Origin: Vitrella brassicaformis CCMP3155
Taxonomy: Eukaryota > Protista > Chromerida
Reading direction: 5' to 3'
NCBI GenBank assembly: GCA_001179505.1
Contig: CDMY01000309.1
Location: 63,479 to 127,478, forward strand
Length of the DNA stretch: 64,000 nucleotides
Shown here: positions 12,356 to 25,405 of the stretch, piece after piece
Layout: each line of letters opens with the position of its first letter
Numbering within the stretch: position 1 is the stretch's first letter
The notes under the pieces: model-generated
What the model saw: only the letters and a program-made list of their open reading frames with translations
What the model was told of the DNA's origin: nothing
Databases searched by the model: none
Made by a program: the position numbers and the translations under genes

Positions 12356-13952
12356 CTACATATCGATCTGCTGTCTGCGCATGACGTCTCTGTGCCCCCC
12401 ACTCACAACCGCCTTCCTCAGCCCCGCATTCGGCAAGACATCCGGCAGCCGGCCGAACTTCATGTAGAACACCTTTGGCCCTTCTTCCTGCATGGCCTCC
12501 TCCTCGTCGATGTCGCACTCGATGCGCGCCTGCAGCCGCTTGGCCACTTCCTCGACAGACGGCAGTGCGAGATCCCTCTTGGCGCCATCCACTCGCTCCA
12601 TCTCGTGCGCTCGGACCACCTTGAGCGAGTCGAAGATAGAGGGCGGCGGGCCAGCGGCAAAGCCGTCATGGTAGGAGCCGTAGTAGCGCATGAACTGGTG
12701 CTGGTGCAAGAGAATGCGCGACGAGTCGTTGGGGAGGGGCGGGGCGGCGATAAGCTGCGGCAGATAGAAACCCTTCTCCTTGCTGTCAGTGGTGGTGCCG
12801 TCTCTGTTGGCGGCTGCCTCGTCTTCTTGTTCCTTCAATCTCTTCTGTTTGGCGGCCTCCTTGGCCTTGAGCTCCTCCTCAGTGTAGTCCCACATGGTGA
12901 CCCTCCTTAGCCTCGCCAGCTCAGCCGCCTCCTCGTCAGTCAGATTCAGCTCCTGCAGTCGATCCCCATCGGCGATCCGCTCGTCGGCCTCACGCACCTT
13001 CTCGTCAGCCGACCGGTCCGTCTCGTGGATGGCAATGCGGCGGTCTCGGTACCTGAAGGTGTTGGCGTTGAAGAACTGCTTTGTGTCGCGGCCCTTGATG
13101 GGCAGCCCGTAGGAGGGGTCCAGCTGGGTGGCGTAGTGGGGGTAGGGGAGGCAGCTGTAGAACAGGGGGGGCGACTGCCGCCGGATGGTCGACAGGACGT
13201 CGTAGGTGAGGAACTCGCTGTCCGTCACGATGTGCAGCTCGGCGTTGTCCATCATGGTGGCCGCCAGCGACTTGAGGAACTTGGTGCGGATCAGGCGAGA
13301 CTGCAGGGTGCGCAGCGGGTGGCGCGTCCGCTCCGTCTCCTTGTCGGTGGAGGGGTAGTTGACGTACGCAGCCCTCACGAGCTTCTCGGGGATCAGCCTG
13401 TGCAGGCAGAAGGCATCTGCACAGAGGATCCGCACATTGGGGAACCGCACAAGGGCGTCGGGGTGCACCTGGAACGCCCTGACCAGACCGATGGAGCGAC
13501 CGAACACACACATGTGTGCACGCCAATATCCCGCTGGCTGCGTGTGTCTACCTGCAGCATTTGTGCAGTGCATTGAAGACTCTCCTGTAGTCGTTGTCGA
13601 TGGCAATCCAGTTCTGGTCGGGGTTGTGCAGGGCGTGGTGCAGCGCGAACTCGGCGTCCCCACACCCGATGTCCAGATAGCACTCCTCGCCCTCGCGGAA
13701 ATACCACTGCTCAAGTGCCGGAGCCATCCCAGATCTGAACCAAACACACACAGAGCCACATTTGCCAGTGCAGTGCAATGCAGAACATCCCACCATCCAT
13801 CAGTGTGCGTACCCGTCTCTTCCAAACAGGAGCCCAGGAGGGTCCCACAGGTAGAACTGGGTCATCTCTGCCCGGTGCAGGTACCACTGCCTCAGCTGTT
13901 GGTTGAAGAGCCGCTGCAGGGCGGTGAACGCATTGGCCGAGTGAACACTCAT
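12356..13952 (-). CDS. SAM-dependent methyltransferase, tRNA (guanine-N7) methyltransferase TrmB-like, with long charged C-terminal extension
   Basis: YLDIGCGDAEFALHHALHNPDQNWIAID, NVRILCADA, AYVNYP, ELHIVTDSEFL resemble the TrmB motif series (LEIGCGxG..A..P..N.IGIE; NV..DA; ..NFP; L...TD). The start is taken as the ATG at 13952 and could be further upstream. Confidence 0.7.
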
Positions 13953-14173
13953 CGCAGCTGCACAAGACGGATTCGGCAGATCAACAGCAAAAGGACATAG
14001 AGCAGGCAATGGAGAAGACGGGAAGCTCAACAGAGAACGACGGAGGGATGTGAAGAGGACGCACCTTTTCGGCAGCAGCGATTTCAGGGAGCACCCTAGG
14101 CGGCCTTTTAGAAGGCGCAAGTGGGGTCTGCCGAGCGGGAGTATTTGGCACTCGTTATCAGTATCAGTACCGA

Positions 14174-14926
14174 ATGGCGATGCCAGATGCAGTCGATGAG
14201 TTTTGGCCGTCAGAGCCGGAGCACGGCGCACCGGCTGCCGACCAGCCTCACGTCGCCATCGAGGGAGAGGAGGTGTCGGGCGACGGCAAGACCATCCCGC
14301 TGGACCGGCTGTACTTCCTCCTGGCTGCCGCTGCCACCATCCTCGTCGCTGCCGCTGTGCTATCGCTGTGGTAAGAAGCAACACTCCGCTGCTGCTGCTG
14401 ATGCTGATGCTGATGCTCACTCTCTTACTGCACTGCTCTGCCCTTATATGTGTTTTCAGGTATCGGTTCAAGCAGTCCCGTCAGAGGAAGCGGGACGAAC
14501 AGCTGGACCGGAAGAGGGAACAAGCACGGTACAACAGATGAAGAGCATCCATCCATCCATGCAGCCCTCATTCGTGTGTGACGTCATGTTCTCCCCTGCT
14601 GCAGGCTTCGCCAGTTGGCTCGTCTGGAGGAGGAGGCCGACCACTTCAAACACACGGTGGAATACGAGGTAGGTGGGTGACCCAGGCAGCCAGCAGCCCG
14701 CCTCTAGGGTCTATCTACCGTGCATCTTCCCTTTTCTCTCTTTCAGCGCATGGAGCAGGAGGCCAAGGAGCGTGACAAGGGCATCACGGCTGAGCACCGG
14801 CACACGATGGACAAGGCGGAACACTACGGCCCTGGCCTGGACAGCCCCTTCTTCGACAAGTCTATGCCAGGTTACCGGCCGCAGCGCAAGGGACCTGGCA
14901 TGAGGGGTGGTGGATGACGGCGGTAG
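14174..14926 (+). CDS. Selenoprotein S/K-like single-pass membrane protein ending ...GYRPQRKGPGMRGGG-U-RR*
   Basis: Four exons (14174-14370, 14460-14528, 14605-14668, 14747-14926; 510 nt, in phase). TM helix LYFLLAAAATILVAAAVLSLW, then a coiled coil, then a Gly/Pro/Arg tail with in-frame TGA at 14915-14917 followed by CGG CGG TAG; SECIS-like hairpin downstream. Confidence 0.82.
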
Positions 14927-15139
14927 ACGCGGAGGCAGCCATGTGTCAGTCGCACACATGGGCCTTCGGCGACCGATGTCCGTGCATACGTACGGACATC
15001 CGTCCGCTCTGACTTGTGTTTTTCCGTGTACAATTCAACCAAGGGGCATCGGGGGAGATGTTGATATGTATCCGGGCAATTCAATTGCGGGGGAGTGTCA
15101 TCGCAATATGCATGACCGCAAGTTGATGAGTGAGTGCAT

Positions 15140-15214
15140 GAGTGCTGTTCGAGTGACGGCTGGGGGGCAGAAGGCCCGTTGCGGTCCGCTCACAGCCCGA
15201 AGGAAACGGCGCTC
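15140..15214 (+). promoter_or_regulatory. SECIS element (GUGA-type core, apical mini-stem) in the 3' UTR of the selenoprotein gene
   Basis: Helix I GAGTGCTGTT/AACGGCGCTC pairs fully with G-U; core GTGA (15153-15156) opposite GA (15199-15200); helix II GGCTG/CAGCC; unpaired AA at 15171-15172; apical CCG-TTG-CGG mini-stem; outer GAGTGAG/CTCACTC extends the stem. Confidence 0.8.
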
Positions 15215-15732
15215 TGCTCACTCGCCAACTCGCTGCATGCGTGCATGGCTTGGCTGGCTGGCTGCATTTATGAGGGTGGCAGACGATGATAGCTGTCTGT
15301 CTGTCTGTGCAGATGTGTGGAGTGACGTACGCCTGTGAGCGCGGATTCATGAATCTATTGCTGTGTTCATTGTGTTCACGAAACGTCATCGGTCGAAGAA
15401 ACGGATCACATCGAGGTATAGCTGACGCGTTTTGATGCTTTTCTCGTTCCCTGATCTGTACAAGTCCAGCAGGCAGGCAGTCACGAAACACTACACTAAC
15501 GCATGATTGGGTCAGTCCACCCCGGCCAGCCAGCCATGAGAGCATCCCTCCGTCACGACAGCCCTCTGCCATCCCCTAGGCCTGCACAATCCTACACTCC
15601 ACGCATCCTCCCTTGGCAAGAGTGGGGCGACCGACCTGACAGACAAGAATGGGACCCCACACACAGCATACATGCAGCACCGGTGGACAAGCCCATCGAC
15701 GGAGGAGACACAAACCGTACCTGTCCTCCTTG

Positions 15733-17992
15733 TTAGGTGTCGAGTGCTTTGAGAGTGAGCGTATTCGGACGCCGCCCGGGAAGTCCCCCCCAACTGATGC
15801 GAAACCGGCCGTCAACGCCTTCAATGGCGTCGCCGTGGGTCCGCTCCTCCACCAGCCGCCTAAAGCTCTGACCTCCAACTGGCCGCAACAGCGAGAAGTG
15901 GAGCTCCTTGATGCCTCGGATCGTGAGCAGCGACCTGACGCAGGCGATGCCGAACTCGCCAGGGCATCGCCATCGCCCAAATCCCGAGGAACTGCAGACA
16001 GACAGACAGACATAACATCCAATGGGTTGGCGAGCGAGAGCTGCCGATTGGTTGTCTGTGAGGAGGCGATTGTCTGCAGCTCACCCTCTACACTACTATC
16101 CAGTACTGTGATGGTCGGCAGCTGATCCGCCATGTCCCCCCACGTCAGCCCCCCCTCACCCACATCCGTCACGCTTGTGGCCTCGAAACACTCCAACTCC
16201 CTCTCCCCACCAACCGCCTGCAACACCCCCACTGCTTGCTCCTCTGTCGAGTGCCACAGCTCAATGCGTTTGACAGCCGGCATCTTGGTCAGCAGCTTGC
16301 GAGCAATCACGTGCCCGTTGCTGTCGTGGATGGAGAGGGACGACGCGGCGGGGAATGCGTTGTTTGGCATGCTGTCGATCACAAGTGGGTCAGCATCCAG
16401 ACCCACTTGTGATCGCATGACCTCCACCCTCTCCGCTTTGAGGAATGTCAGGGACTGAGCGAGGGCGATGGCAGCGGGGCTGGGCGTGTCCAGAGGGTTG
16501 GTGGTGTGGTTGGGGAGGATGGCTGGGGACACTGTGTGGGCTTTGGCTGCCAGCTGCTGGATGTGTTTCTGCACGAAGGGGGAGGGCTCCGGGCGCGTGG
16601 GGACCCCACACAGAAGGGAAAGGTCGAAGGCGTTACTCGTGTCGAAGATACTGATGTCGACGGGGATGTCGGGCCTCACAGAGACGGCACGGGCGAAGGT
16701 CTCGATGGCCGAGAGGGTCGCGAAGATGTGGCTGTCGATAAAGGAGTCCTTGAGCTTCATGCTGAGCTTCTTGATGGAGCGGCAGCCACGGTCGACAAGA
16801 ACGGCCTGCACAAAGACACACGTACATCGCAAACAGACTCTCACCCACTCTCTCTGATTTTGTGTATCTTGTGTAATCCGTCGCACACCTGAAGGCGCTC
16901 TAGACCCCTAGCGCTCGCGCTCGACATTCTGAGTGTGCCGACATCCTCCAGCTGCGACAGCGACCCCGGCTGGCCGGCCGCTGCCACCGGGATCTGCGCC
17001 AGCGAGTTGGCCGTGACGTCAGGATGGCATTCCACGTGCAGCTCCTTGAGGCACCGCGACATCCCCACCAGCCCCTCCAACACCTCCAACACCCCATCGC
17101 CACACACGATCCCTCCCAACTGGACTGCCTCCAGTGACGGCAGCTGCCAGTGGCGCCCGCGGCCGGGATAGGAGAGCTCATATCCCTGCACCGTGATGGA
17201 AGTGAGGGATGTAAGGGTGGGGGGCGGGTCGAGGCGCGAGAGGAGAGCCACCGACGGCTCCGTCGCAGCTCGGATATCGCGATACTCGTCCTCGTCGACG
17301 ATGACGGTCGATCCGCCGCTCTCGCCGTACTCGATCGACTCAAGCGTCCCCCGGCCTAGTTGGCCGGCTGCTGTGGCCGCCTCGGCTCTCCGCCCCTCAC
17401 TGTGGCCCTCCACCGATGCCGTGACGACCTTGTGGATAACCGGCGACAGAGGGATGTAGTCAATAAAAGCGGGCGGCCCTCTTGAGATGAAGAGGTTACG
17501 GGGATGCTTGACGACGATTGACTTGAGCCGTGTGAGCTGCCGGCCCCACTCGAAGGCGTCAGCGAATGAGAGGCCGCACCAGAAGCGCCGCTCGGCGGTG
17601 TCGTAGGTGTCCATGACCAGCTGGGTGATCTGGCAGCCGACGTGGCGCCACAGCCGCTGGGGCAGCGCCGCCACCAAATGAAGCGACACGAACGAGAAGA
17701 CGTAGGCAACAACAACCGGCTGAGTGTTTCTCTGACAACACACACCACACAGACACAGAGAGAGGAGACAATGAGGATGTGTGTGTTTGCCAGTGGTTTG
17801 GTTTGGTGCATCTCAGCTTACGATGTGGCTGAAGTGTTGAGCAAAGGCCTGCAGACCTATGCTGTGGGTGGCGTGCGATGCCGTCGCCTGCTGCTGGTGC
17901 TGCGGGCCGTCGGTGTCCATCATGGCCTCCTCGTGTGCATCGTCCTCCTCTCGCTCTGCCCGCCTCTGTCGCTTCGACGCCGACTCACTCAT
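15733..17992 (-). pseudogene. Lineage-expanded family, copy 1 (MSESASKRQR...DTYDTAERRFWCGL...TPSPAAIALAQSLTF...); 1-nt frameshift in the last exon
   Basis: Same exon structure and peptides as the copies at 38135 and 44598. GATGCC-CTGGCGAG at ~15963 lacks one G relative to GATGCCGCTGGCGAG in the other copies, which shifts the conserved GEFGIACV tail out of frame. Confidence 0.7.
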
Positions 17993-18249
17993 CGCCTGAC
18001 CACGTCAATCATCTACCAAACAAGCGGACCGGCGCCGCCCCAACACCATCTATGGCTGCACAGATGGACATGGATGACGACAAATGCATTCACTGTCCAT
18101 GCTGTATCTACACATCTCGCTCATCTGAGTGTCCTGGCTGTTTCCTCCCTCTTGGCTCACCTGTGTGCCTCAAGGATATCCGCCGCAAAGGGTTTGAATA
18201 ACGGCTGCAGCTCGCACTGTACTCTGTGATTCGTCTCTGCTTCCCCGGG

Positions 18250-18630
18250 ATGCTGTCGGCTGTGTTGTTGGCCTTTCTGTCGATAGGCGTAAGTGGCGCC
18301 CGTCCGAAAGCCCACCCCAGTGTGGTGCTGAGGCAGCTGGAGAGCCATGACAGGCAGCAGCAGATGAGAGCTCTTCACTCGATCTGGCATGCGCAGACAC
18401 GCCAAACAACCAGCTGCAGAGACACACAGACGGGAAGGGAATGAGTGGTCGTTTCCTTGAATTGTCTGTCTGTCTGTCTGCATGTCGGTTGCTGACTCGA
18501 CGGCTTACGTCATATGGTACAGCATCTGTGTCCGTCCTCGACCTCGTCCACGGGATCTATGAGAAGATGAATCAGTTGGGTGTGCTATCAGAGGCGAGAT
18601 TCATCTGCCTCAAATGCTCACAGAGCCCTG
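18250..18630 (+). CDS. Possible small secreted hypothetical protein
   Basis: MLSAVLLAFLSIGVSGARPK looks like a signal peptide; a further open segment LLTRRLTSYGTASVSVLDLVHGIYEKMNQLG follows. No homology recognised. Confidence 0.22.
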
Positions 18631-19334
18631 TGAGGTCTTATGTAAGTATATGTGGGCTCTGTGATGATGTATTCACCTGCCTGCCGGCACGTCTCTGCCT
18701 GTCATATGCATGAAGGAGCGCGTCAGATCTGTCCGGCTGCCTGTCTGTGGCATCGTGCCAGCACCCGTCAATGTCAATGCAGCCAGTAAGCACTGACTAA
18801 GATCTTGATGCACATAACCTACACGACGTCAATCAAGGAAGCACAGCACATCTACTATCCCAACAAAATTCATCCCACCTTATGGAATCAGCCAAAAACG
18901 TGTGTGTGGAAAACTGTTGTGGAGCTGACTAACCTCCTTCCTTCCCATCCATGTGTGCCCGCAGGTGGATATCAGACAAACAGACAGACAGCCTGGCCCG
19001 CCAGAGTGCACCCTCTCACGCAGCACTGCCCAACGTTGCCTAATGCCTAACCAAAAGCCTCCTAGAAAAGAGCAACGTGTGTGTGCGTCGACACACGCTG
19101 CTCAGTCACTCGTTGGTGGGCACAGCCATGAAGCGGTCGCTATCTCGTTGGGCGTCATGTGTGGTGGCCATGCTCGGACGCTCGCCGCCGCCTATGCCTG
19201 CAGCAGCCACATCTCCAGCTGCCGCGGCGTGCTTGTCGCTCTCTGGTGCAGCAGCTGCATCCTGGACGACTACGTTGACCGCATCTGGCTGAATTCCCAG
19301 TGACACGGAGCTGGCATGATGGAAAAATTCACCT

Positions 19335-21856
19335 TCACCGCGACCAGCTGCAAGCGGGCAAAGACAGAGGGCAAGCTTCTCTCTGTGTCTCTCTCTTGTG
19401 TCTCATGATCGATGCTAGCCGATGCTCACTGAAGTCCTCTTCGAACTGGTTCTGTTCGGTCTTGCTGAGTTCCGACGAGAGCTTGGCGATCAGCCTGACG
19501 CGATGCAACGTCAGACACAAAGGAAGAGAACGCAGGACATGGTTGGCAATCATAACACGGTGTTGTTGCGTATCTCCCTCCCTGGCTCACTTGTTTTGCT
19601 TCTTGCGCAGCTGCTCTGCGTATTGGGCGATGACCTTGTCTCCGTTCAAAAGCTTCAGCCACACGACGAAGAAGATGATGGCCAATCCGATGATGGCCAC
19701 AATGATGCTGCCACCAATCGTGAGGCCAGGCTGTCCGTTCTCCTCCTCGAACATTTGGCACAGCCCGAAAAGGGCGAATGGAATCAGGAAGAAAACCTGC
19801 ATACAACGCGTGCATGCATCTATACACATGTCGTCTCTTGTATGTATCCTGACTCGCTTACAGTGACTATGTAGGCGATTGGGAACCAGCGGAAGTCAGC
19901 CGTGATTTGGCCGAGGGCAGTGGCCATGCGGAGCGGCACACGGCGCATCATGGGTATGGGGTACCAAATGAGGATGCCGAATATGTTAAAGAAGAGGTGG
20001 CACATGGCGATCTGCATGCCCTCGGGCTTGTCTGACACTAACGCCGCCATCACAGAGGTCACCGTCGTCCCAATCTGCACGTAAGGAGTGATAGGGAAAT
20101 GAACGTGTGACGGCCTTCGTGTGTGAGGAACTCGGCTCGCTCACGTTTGCGCCGAGTGTGAGGGGGTACATGTGGTGGAGGTCGATCCCACCCAGGCCCA
20201 CAAGCGGCGTCAAGACAGATGTCGTGATCGAGCTTGACTGCACGAGAATCGTCAAACCGCAGCCGATCAACATGGCCACATAACCTACACACACGTACAC
20301 AAAGGGACAGATGGCAGATGGAGAGTGGCTGGGCTGGAGCCTCACCCACCGTGTCCCGGATAGGTCTGATAGACCACGCGCTCAAACGTCTCCTTAATGG
20401 TGCCGATCAGGAGGTAGCGAAGCACCTTCACCTGCAGGCCAGTGACAGGGAGTTCATCGACTTTTGCTCACATGTATAGTCACCATCACTGTGAGAGCCA
20501 CGAGCAACAGCACCAGACTGACGACGGCGTGAATACCCCGTATCGGAACTCGCCATCCGCCCAGTGGTCGCCGGTCTCAGTGGGGCCCAGCTCCCCGTCA
20601 ATCTCAGGCGTATGCACTTTCTGAGCACATGAAGGGAGGGGGTGAGGTGTGCAGCAAGTGTATGTTGTGTGTCTGTCGTATGCGTCTCCCTGCCTGCCAG
20701 GCCAGGCCCTCGAGTATGAGGTGGTCGACATAGGCCGGGCTAGTGACGTTGCGCGTGGAGCAGCCCAAGGTGCCGCTGGCCACACCCTTGATCACTTTCT
20801 TGTCGGCCACCAGAATGTGCTTCGTCACCATTTTGACGATCTTGTCAAACGGACCTTCCCACTTTTCGCCCTGATGTTGTGGAGCGGAACGACCAGACAC
20901 ACACAGAGACATCCACTTCTCGCCTGCTCCATGCATAAATTGACCAATGCATCCATACCGATGTGAGCTCCATGCTATCCTTAATTGCATCACTGAGGTG
21001 TTCCAAGACTCCTGAGACTATCTCCACCGGTAGCAAGACCGCCACAGAAAGCAAATTAAAACAGTCATGTACCTACAATCATGCATGCGCGTGCAGTGAG
21101 CGAGACACGCTCATGACACATTCTCTCTCTCTCTCTCTGTGTGTATCTGTGTGACATACCGTGGCCCCCGCGAAGGCCCGCTTAAACTCCCCAAGCTGAT
21201 GTATCTGCCCTAGACTCACAATGGTGTTCGTCACCGACGTACCGATGCTGCATGAGAGGGCGTCACGTGCAGAGAGACAGAGGATTGAATGTGTACCCGT
21301 CTTAGTGTGCTTACTTGGCTCCCATGATGACGGGGATTGCGATGTGGACGCTCAGAAGCCCGGAGCCGACCAGCGACACGACGATGGATGTTGTCGTGCT
21401 GCTGCTCTGCAGGGTCACCGTGGCCAGTATTCCTGATGCATCCATGAAGAGTCAGGCGGAAAGGAGAGGGGTTCAACCCTAGTAGTTCATTCCAAGAGAT
21501 GCGTACCAGCTGTGAGGCCAGAGATTGGGTTCTGAAGTTCGCTGAAGAATTGGCCCATCCCACAGCTGCCAATGGTCTTGAAGCTGCAGCCGGGAGGGAC
21601 AGAACCATATGCAGAAATCCATGCCTCGACATGACGGGGCGTCACAGACGGACCTCTCTCCCATCAGTTTGAGCGCGATGAGGAAGAGATATAGGGCCCC
21701 CACGAGTACGACCAGCAGAAGGGACACCTTGAGCCACTCAAGCCACTTCTTCGTCGGCGAGGCCTCACCACCCTCAGCCTCGGCATCATCCGGCCGACGA
21801 ACAACCTCAGAGTCCGGGGCGACGTCAGGGGCGCCTGCCTGGGGAGACTGGGCCAT
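19335..21856 (-). CDS. Sodium-dependent phosphate cotransporter, SLC34/NaPi-II (NptA) family
   Basis: [12 protein letters not shown]; [17 protein letters not shown]...[18 protein letters not shown]; second repeat [19 protein letters not shown]...[15 protein letters not shown]; [20 protein letters not shown]. The duplicated QSSS signatures define the family. The 3' end is approximate. Confidence 0.93.
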
Positions 21857-22092
21857 TGCGGGAAGAGGAAAATGTCAAAATTGGGTGAGGGGGAAGAGAA
21901 AGAAGCCCAAGTCGAGAACCCTGCAACCCGAACCCTGACCAAACGATTTTTTGTTGTTGGACTTCCCATGATACTTGCTGTTGGACTTCCCATGATATAC
22001 ATTTGGCGGCAGTCATTCTCCCGCGCATCATTGAACCGCAGCCACGCACTTTGAACCGCAGCAGGCACCAAATAGGTCACTAAGGCAGAGCC

Positions 22093-22598
22093 ATGATTGC
22101 ATCACCGTACCGCTCAGCGATGACGTCAGCTACATCACTCGGCTGTTGGGCATTGTTCGTGGCAGAGATGACCGCAGCCATTCCCCGCTCAGCTGATCCG
22201 TTGGTACAAGACGACGCGCTGCAGCTGGCGAACGAAATCCGTGACCGGTCCCCAGAGAGCTGGAGCCAGTGGATGCTGGGTGCTCACTATTCGAGGAAGC
22301 TGCAGAGCAACGACATGGACCAGCAGCTTGACGCGTTGTGGGCGATATCTGTCATGCTCGCCAGCAGCGTTGACCCTGCAAGTGACGCTGCTGGATTGGT
22401 TGAGCTCTTCCGGCCGGCCCTTTTCGCCCTCATGAGAGACTTTCGGGTGGACCGATCTGTTCAACTTGAGGCGGCGACAGTCTTGCAGCAGATGGCAGAG
22501 ACCGGCGACCAGGCCACCGATGCTCTCGCGGGGTGAGTGAGTGAGTGAGTGAGTGGCTGATTGACATGAAGCTGGAGGCTCACTCACATCAATTGTCG

Positions 22599-22629
<31 letters not shown>

Positions 22630-25405
22630 AGAGCTGGTGCCCTTCCGTCCCTCATTGAAACCCTCAGGCGCACTAAGGGACTGCCAGAAATCGACATCCG
22701 AGACATCGCGAGCCGCTTGGCTGTCGTCGTGGATCATCTGCAGTGGGTGGAAGGAGCAGTGCTCGAGACATCTAACGTCTTACCGACGGTCATTCAGCTG
22801 CTGGATCATGACCATGAGAGCATCAAGATGACCGCAATGTCGATGCTCGCCTTCTCCGGTATTTGGATGCACCAGTCCCGGCATCGCCACTGTCCAGATG
22901 TGCAACTCGGTGTGGCCGAAGTTTTAGTCAAGCATGAGGTGGTGACGAAGCTCTCGCCCTCCCTGTTGTCAACGAACCCGGATCTCAGGAGGACAGCCGC
23001 CTCCACGATCCTTATTGTCCTTCTCACGGTGCTGCCAGGTGTATGCGGGAGCGAGAGGAAGCAGGAAGGGGGCACCGTCAGTCTTCAGGAGATAGTTGAC
23101 ACTAATGTGTTGCCCAACGCTTTCAACGCCCTCAAACGTGCCGAAGTTGATGGCTCCTTGGTTTATGCTGAGGGTCTTATTGATGTGTCTTACTCGATCC
23201 TGATTTGGGCCACGTGCAGCTCGCTTCTATCAGAGGGAAACGAGCAACAGGTATGCCGGACATTTCAGCCAGGTTAACAAGGGTATTTTGTTGGTTCCTG
23301 GATCCTCTTGTTTGTGCAGCGTAGATATGCGGTGGACAATTTATGCCCTGACCAAGTATGTGGACTTTGCCCCCGGCGCGATGCGCACGATCCTGTTGTT
23401 CTCACGATGCTCACGTCGCTTAATGAGATACTCCGGTATGCAGCAGAGCGCTGGTTCTCACTGTCACTGTCATTATGATTGGTGGCATGGTGTGTCGATC
23501 AGGAACGATGCTGTCTTGGGCGAAGAAATTGCCGATATCATATTCAGCAGGGTGAGGGCTCATTCGCTCGCCCATGCACTCATGGAGCAGAGAGCTTCTT
23601 TTGTCTGTTCTGCTTGCGACTGTAGGAAGGATGCCATCGGACGATCGAGAGCCTTACCAAGAGCTCCGGACCTCGTTTTGCTGCTGCGGCCAAGGAGCTT
23701 ATGCGTGCACTGTCCAACCACGCGACGAGGCTACATCCCCTGCCAAGAGACGACGGAAGGGTACGACACATACGCGCTGTGAAGCGTCTCCATGAATGTC
23801 TCCATGAATGTCTCTCCCTTTCTCTCTTGCCTGCAGCCGTCCTCTCTCTCGACGTCACCACCCTGGGTTGGAGGCGGCATGTTCCTTTTTGTGGTGGCCC
23901 TGTCAGGGCTGTGGTGCTTCGTTGCCCATCCCTGGCTGCAGCGTCGCCAGCTGCGCCAGGACGAACGGCAAGCGGATCAAGCAGCAGCGGAGCTTCCTCG
24001 TCAAAGAAAACAGGCGAAGGGAAACAGCGACCACCAGGGCCAGGCACAGGCGGCCAACAGACAGCCGGGGACTCACCACACGGCAGCCAACCAGCCCCTG
24101 TCAGCAGCCCCTGTCCCAGCGAGACAGCAAAGCAAGAGGAAGAAACCCAAAGAGAAAGGAGCCAGCCGTCAAGACGAGGTCAAAGGAGCACCAGCGTCTG
24201 CTGCAGCTGATGTCGATGGGAGTACTTCTTCCACTGTCACACCCAGCGGCAGCAGCGACTGCCTGACGCCCACCAGCCCTGCAGATGAAGTGGGCGCATC
24301 GGCTGGTTCTCATCAGCAGGACCAGGAGCGTCAGCAGCGGGAGGTGGCGACAGCAGATGGTGGCGGCCAGTGGACTCAGGCGGGGGCGAGACACCGAAAG
24401 AAGAAGGCCACAGGAACGGGGTCGAGCAGGGAGGACGCATCTTCACGACAAAAGGCTGGCCAGGAGACCCCCGAGGCATCTCGGCAGACGGTGCCCGCAC
24501 ATCAGATGCCCCACCCCTTGAAGCCGCCCAGCAGCTCTGCAGCAATGAGGAAAGGTGGCGGAAACCACGCGCGTGGCGGTATCAGCAGTGCCACCTTGAC
24601 GGCCGACCAGGCGCCACGCCATACCACGCCGGCAGTGACCAATGGTACGACAACAAGGAGGAGGGCCGCTGGGAGGGGCCTGGGGCTGCCAGCAACTATA
24701 CCACCACCACCAGGCGCGTTCCCTCCCAATCCCTTGCTGTCGTGGACGGAGGAGGTGGTCAGCAGCTCGACAGCTCAGCGGCCACCCACACCCACACCCA
24801 CACCCCCGCCCCCTCCGCCCGTCCCGCGTCAGGTCTCGTGTGATGCTCGTCAGGCGTCCTCACCGGTGAGCTCCCCGCCACTCGTGTCTTCGGTGTGCAG
24901 CGAGACGACACCATCTGCACCGCACCGCCGCCCACGGTACGCACTAGCCAGACAGGCAGACAGACAGACAGAGACTGTTGGATGTCGTTATGTTGTTTGT
25001 CTATCGCTGTGCTGATTCAGGGACGGGCGGTCTCATGCCGTGCAGCTCGAGAGAAGTGCTGCCAGCAGAAGCAGTGTGGCTGCGGGAACGGTAGACTGTC
25101 TCATTTGTTTCGGCGAGCACGGCCCTGCGTCCGTCATGTACATCCCCTGCAGACACATGCACACCTGCACCAAGTGCTACGCTGACCGCAAGAATGCATG
25201 GCAGCAGAGCCTCCCCCGCATCAAGGCCGAGAATGCCCGGCGGGCTGAGGAGAACAAGGAGCGCATCAAGCGAGACGAGGAGCCGCTGCCATTGCGACCC
25301 GAGGGATACCAGTGCGAGCAGTGCAACACCGAGGTGGTGTTTACGGGGTCGGTGGATGCGGTGGCCCGCTGGGCCACCAGCCCATTCATGTCACAGCCGA
25401 CCTGA
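22093..25405 (+). CDS. ARM/importin-alpha-like repeats + transmembrane helix + low-complexity linker + C-terminal RING (C3HC4-like) finger; putative membrane E3 ligase
   Basis: ARM-like helices (KLQSNDMDQQLDALWAIS, VQLEAATVLQQMA, VLPTVIQLLDHDHESIKMTA); in-frame splice ...RDDGR|PSSLS... into GMFLFVVALSGLWCFVAHPWL; splice at ~24937/25021 into CLICFGEHGPASVMYIPCRHMHTCTKC...YQCEQC. Confidence 0.65.

Noticed and set aside
14915-14917. Reading the TGA as the true stop of the small membrane protein
   Set aside because: The Gly-rich context, a TAG two codons later and a well-formed SECIS downstream favour selenocysteine.
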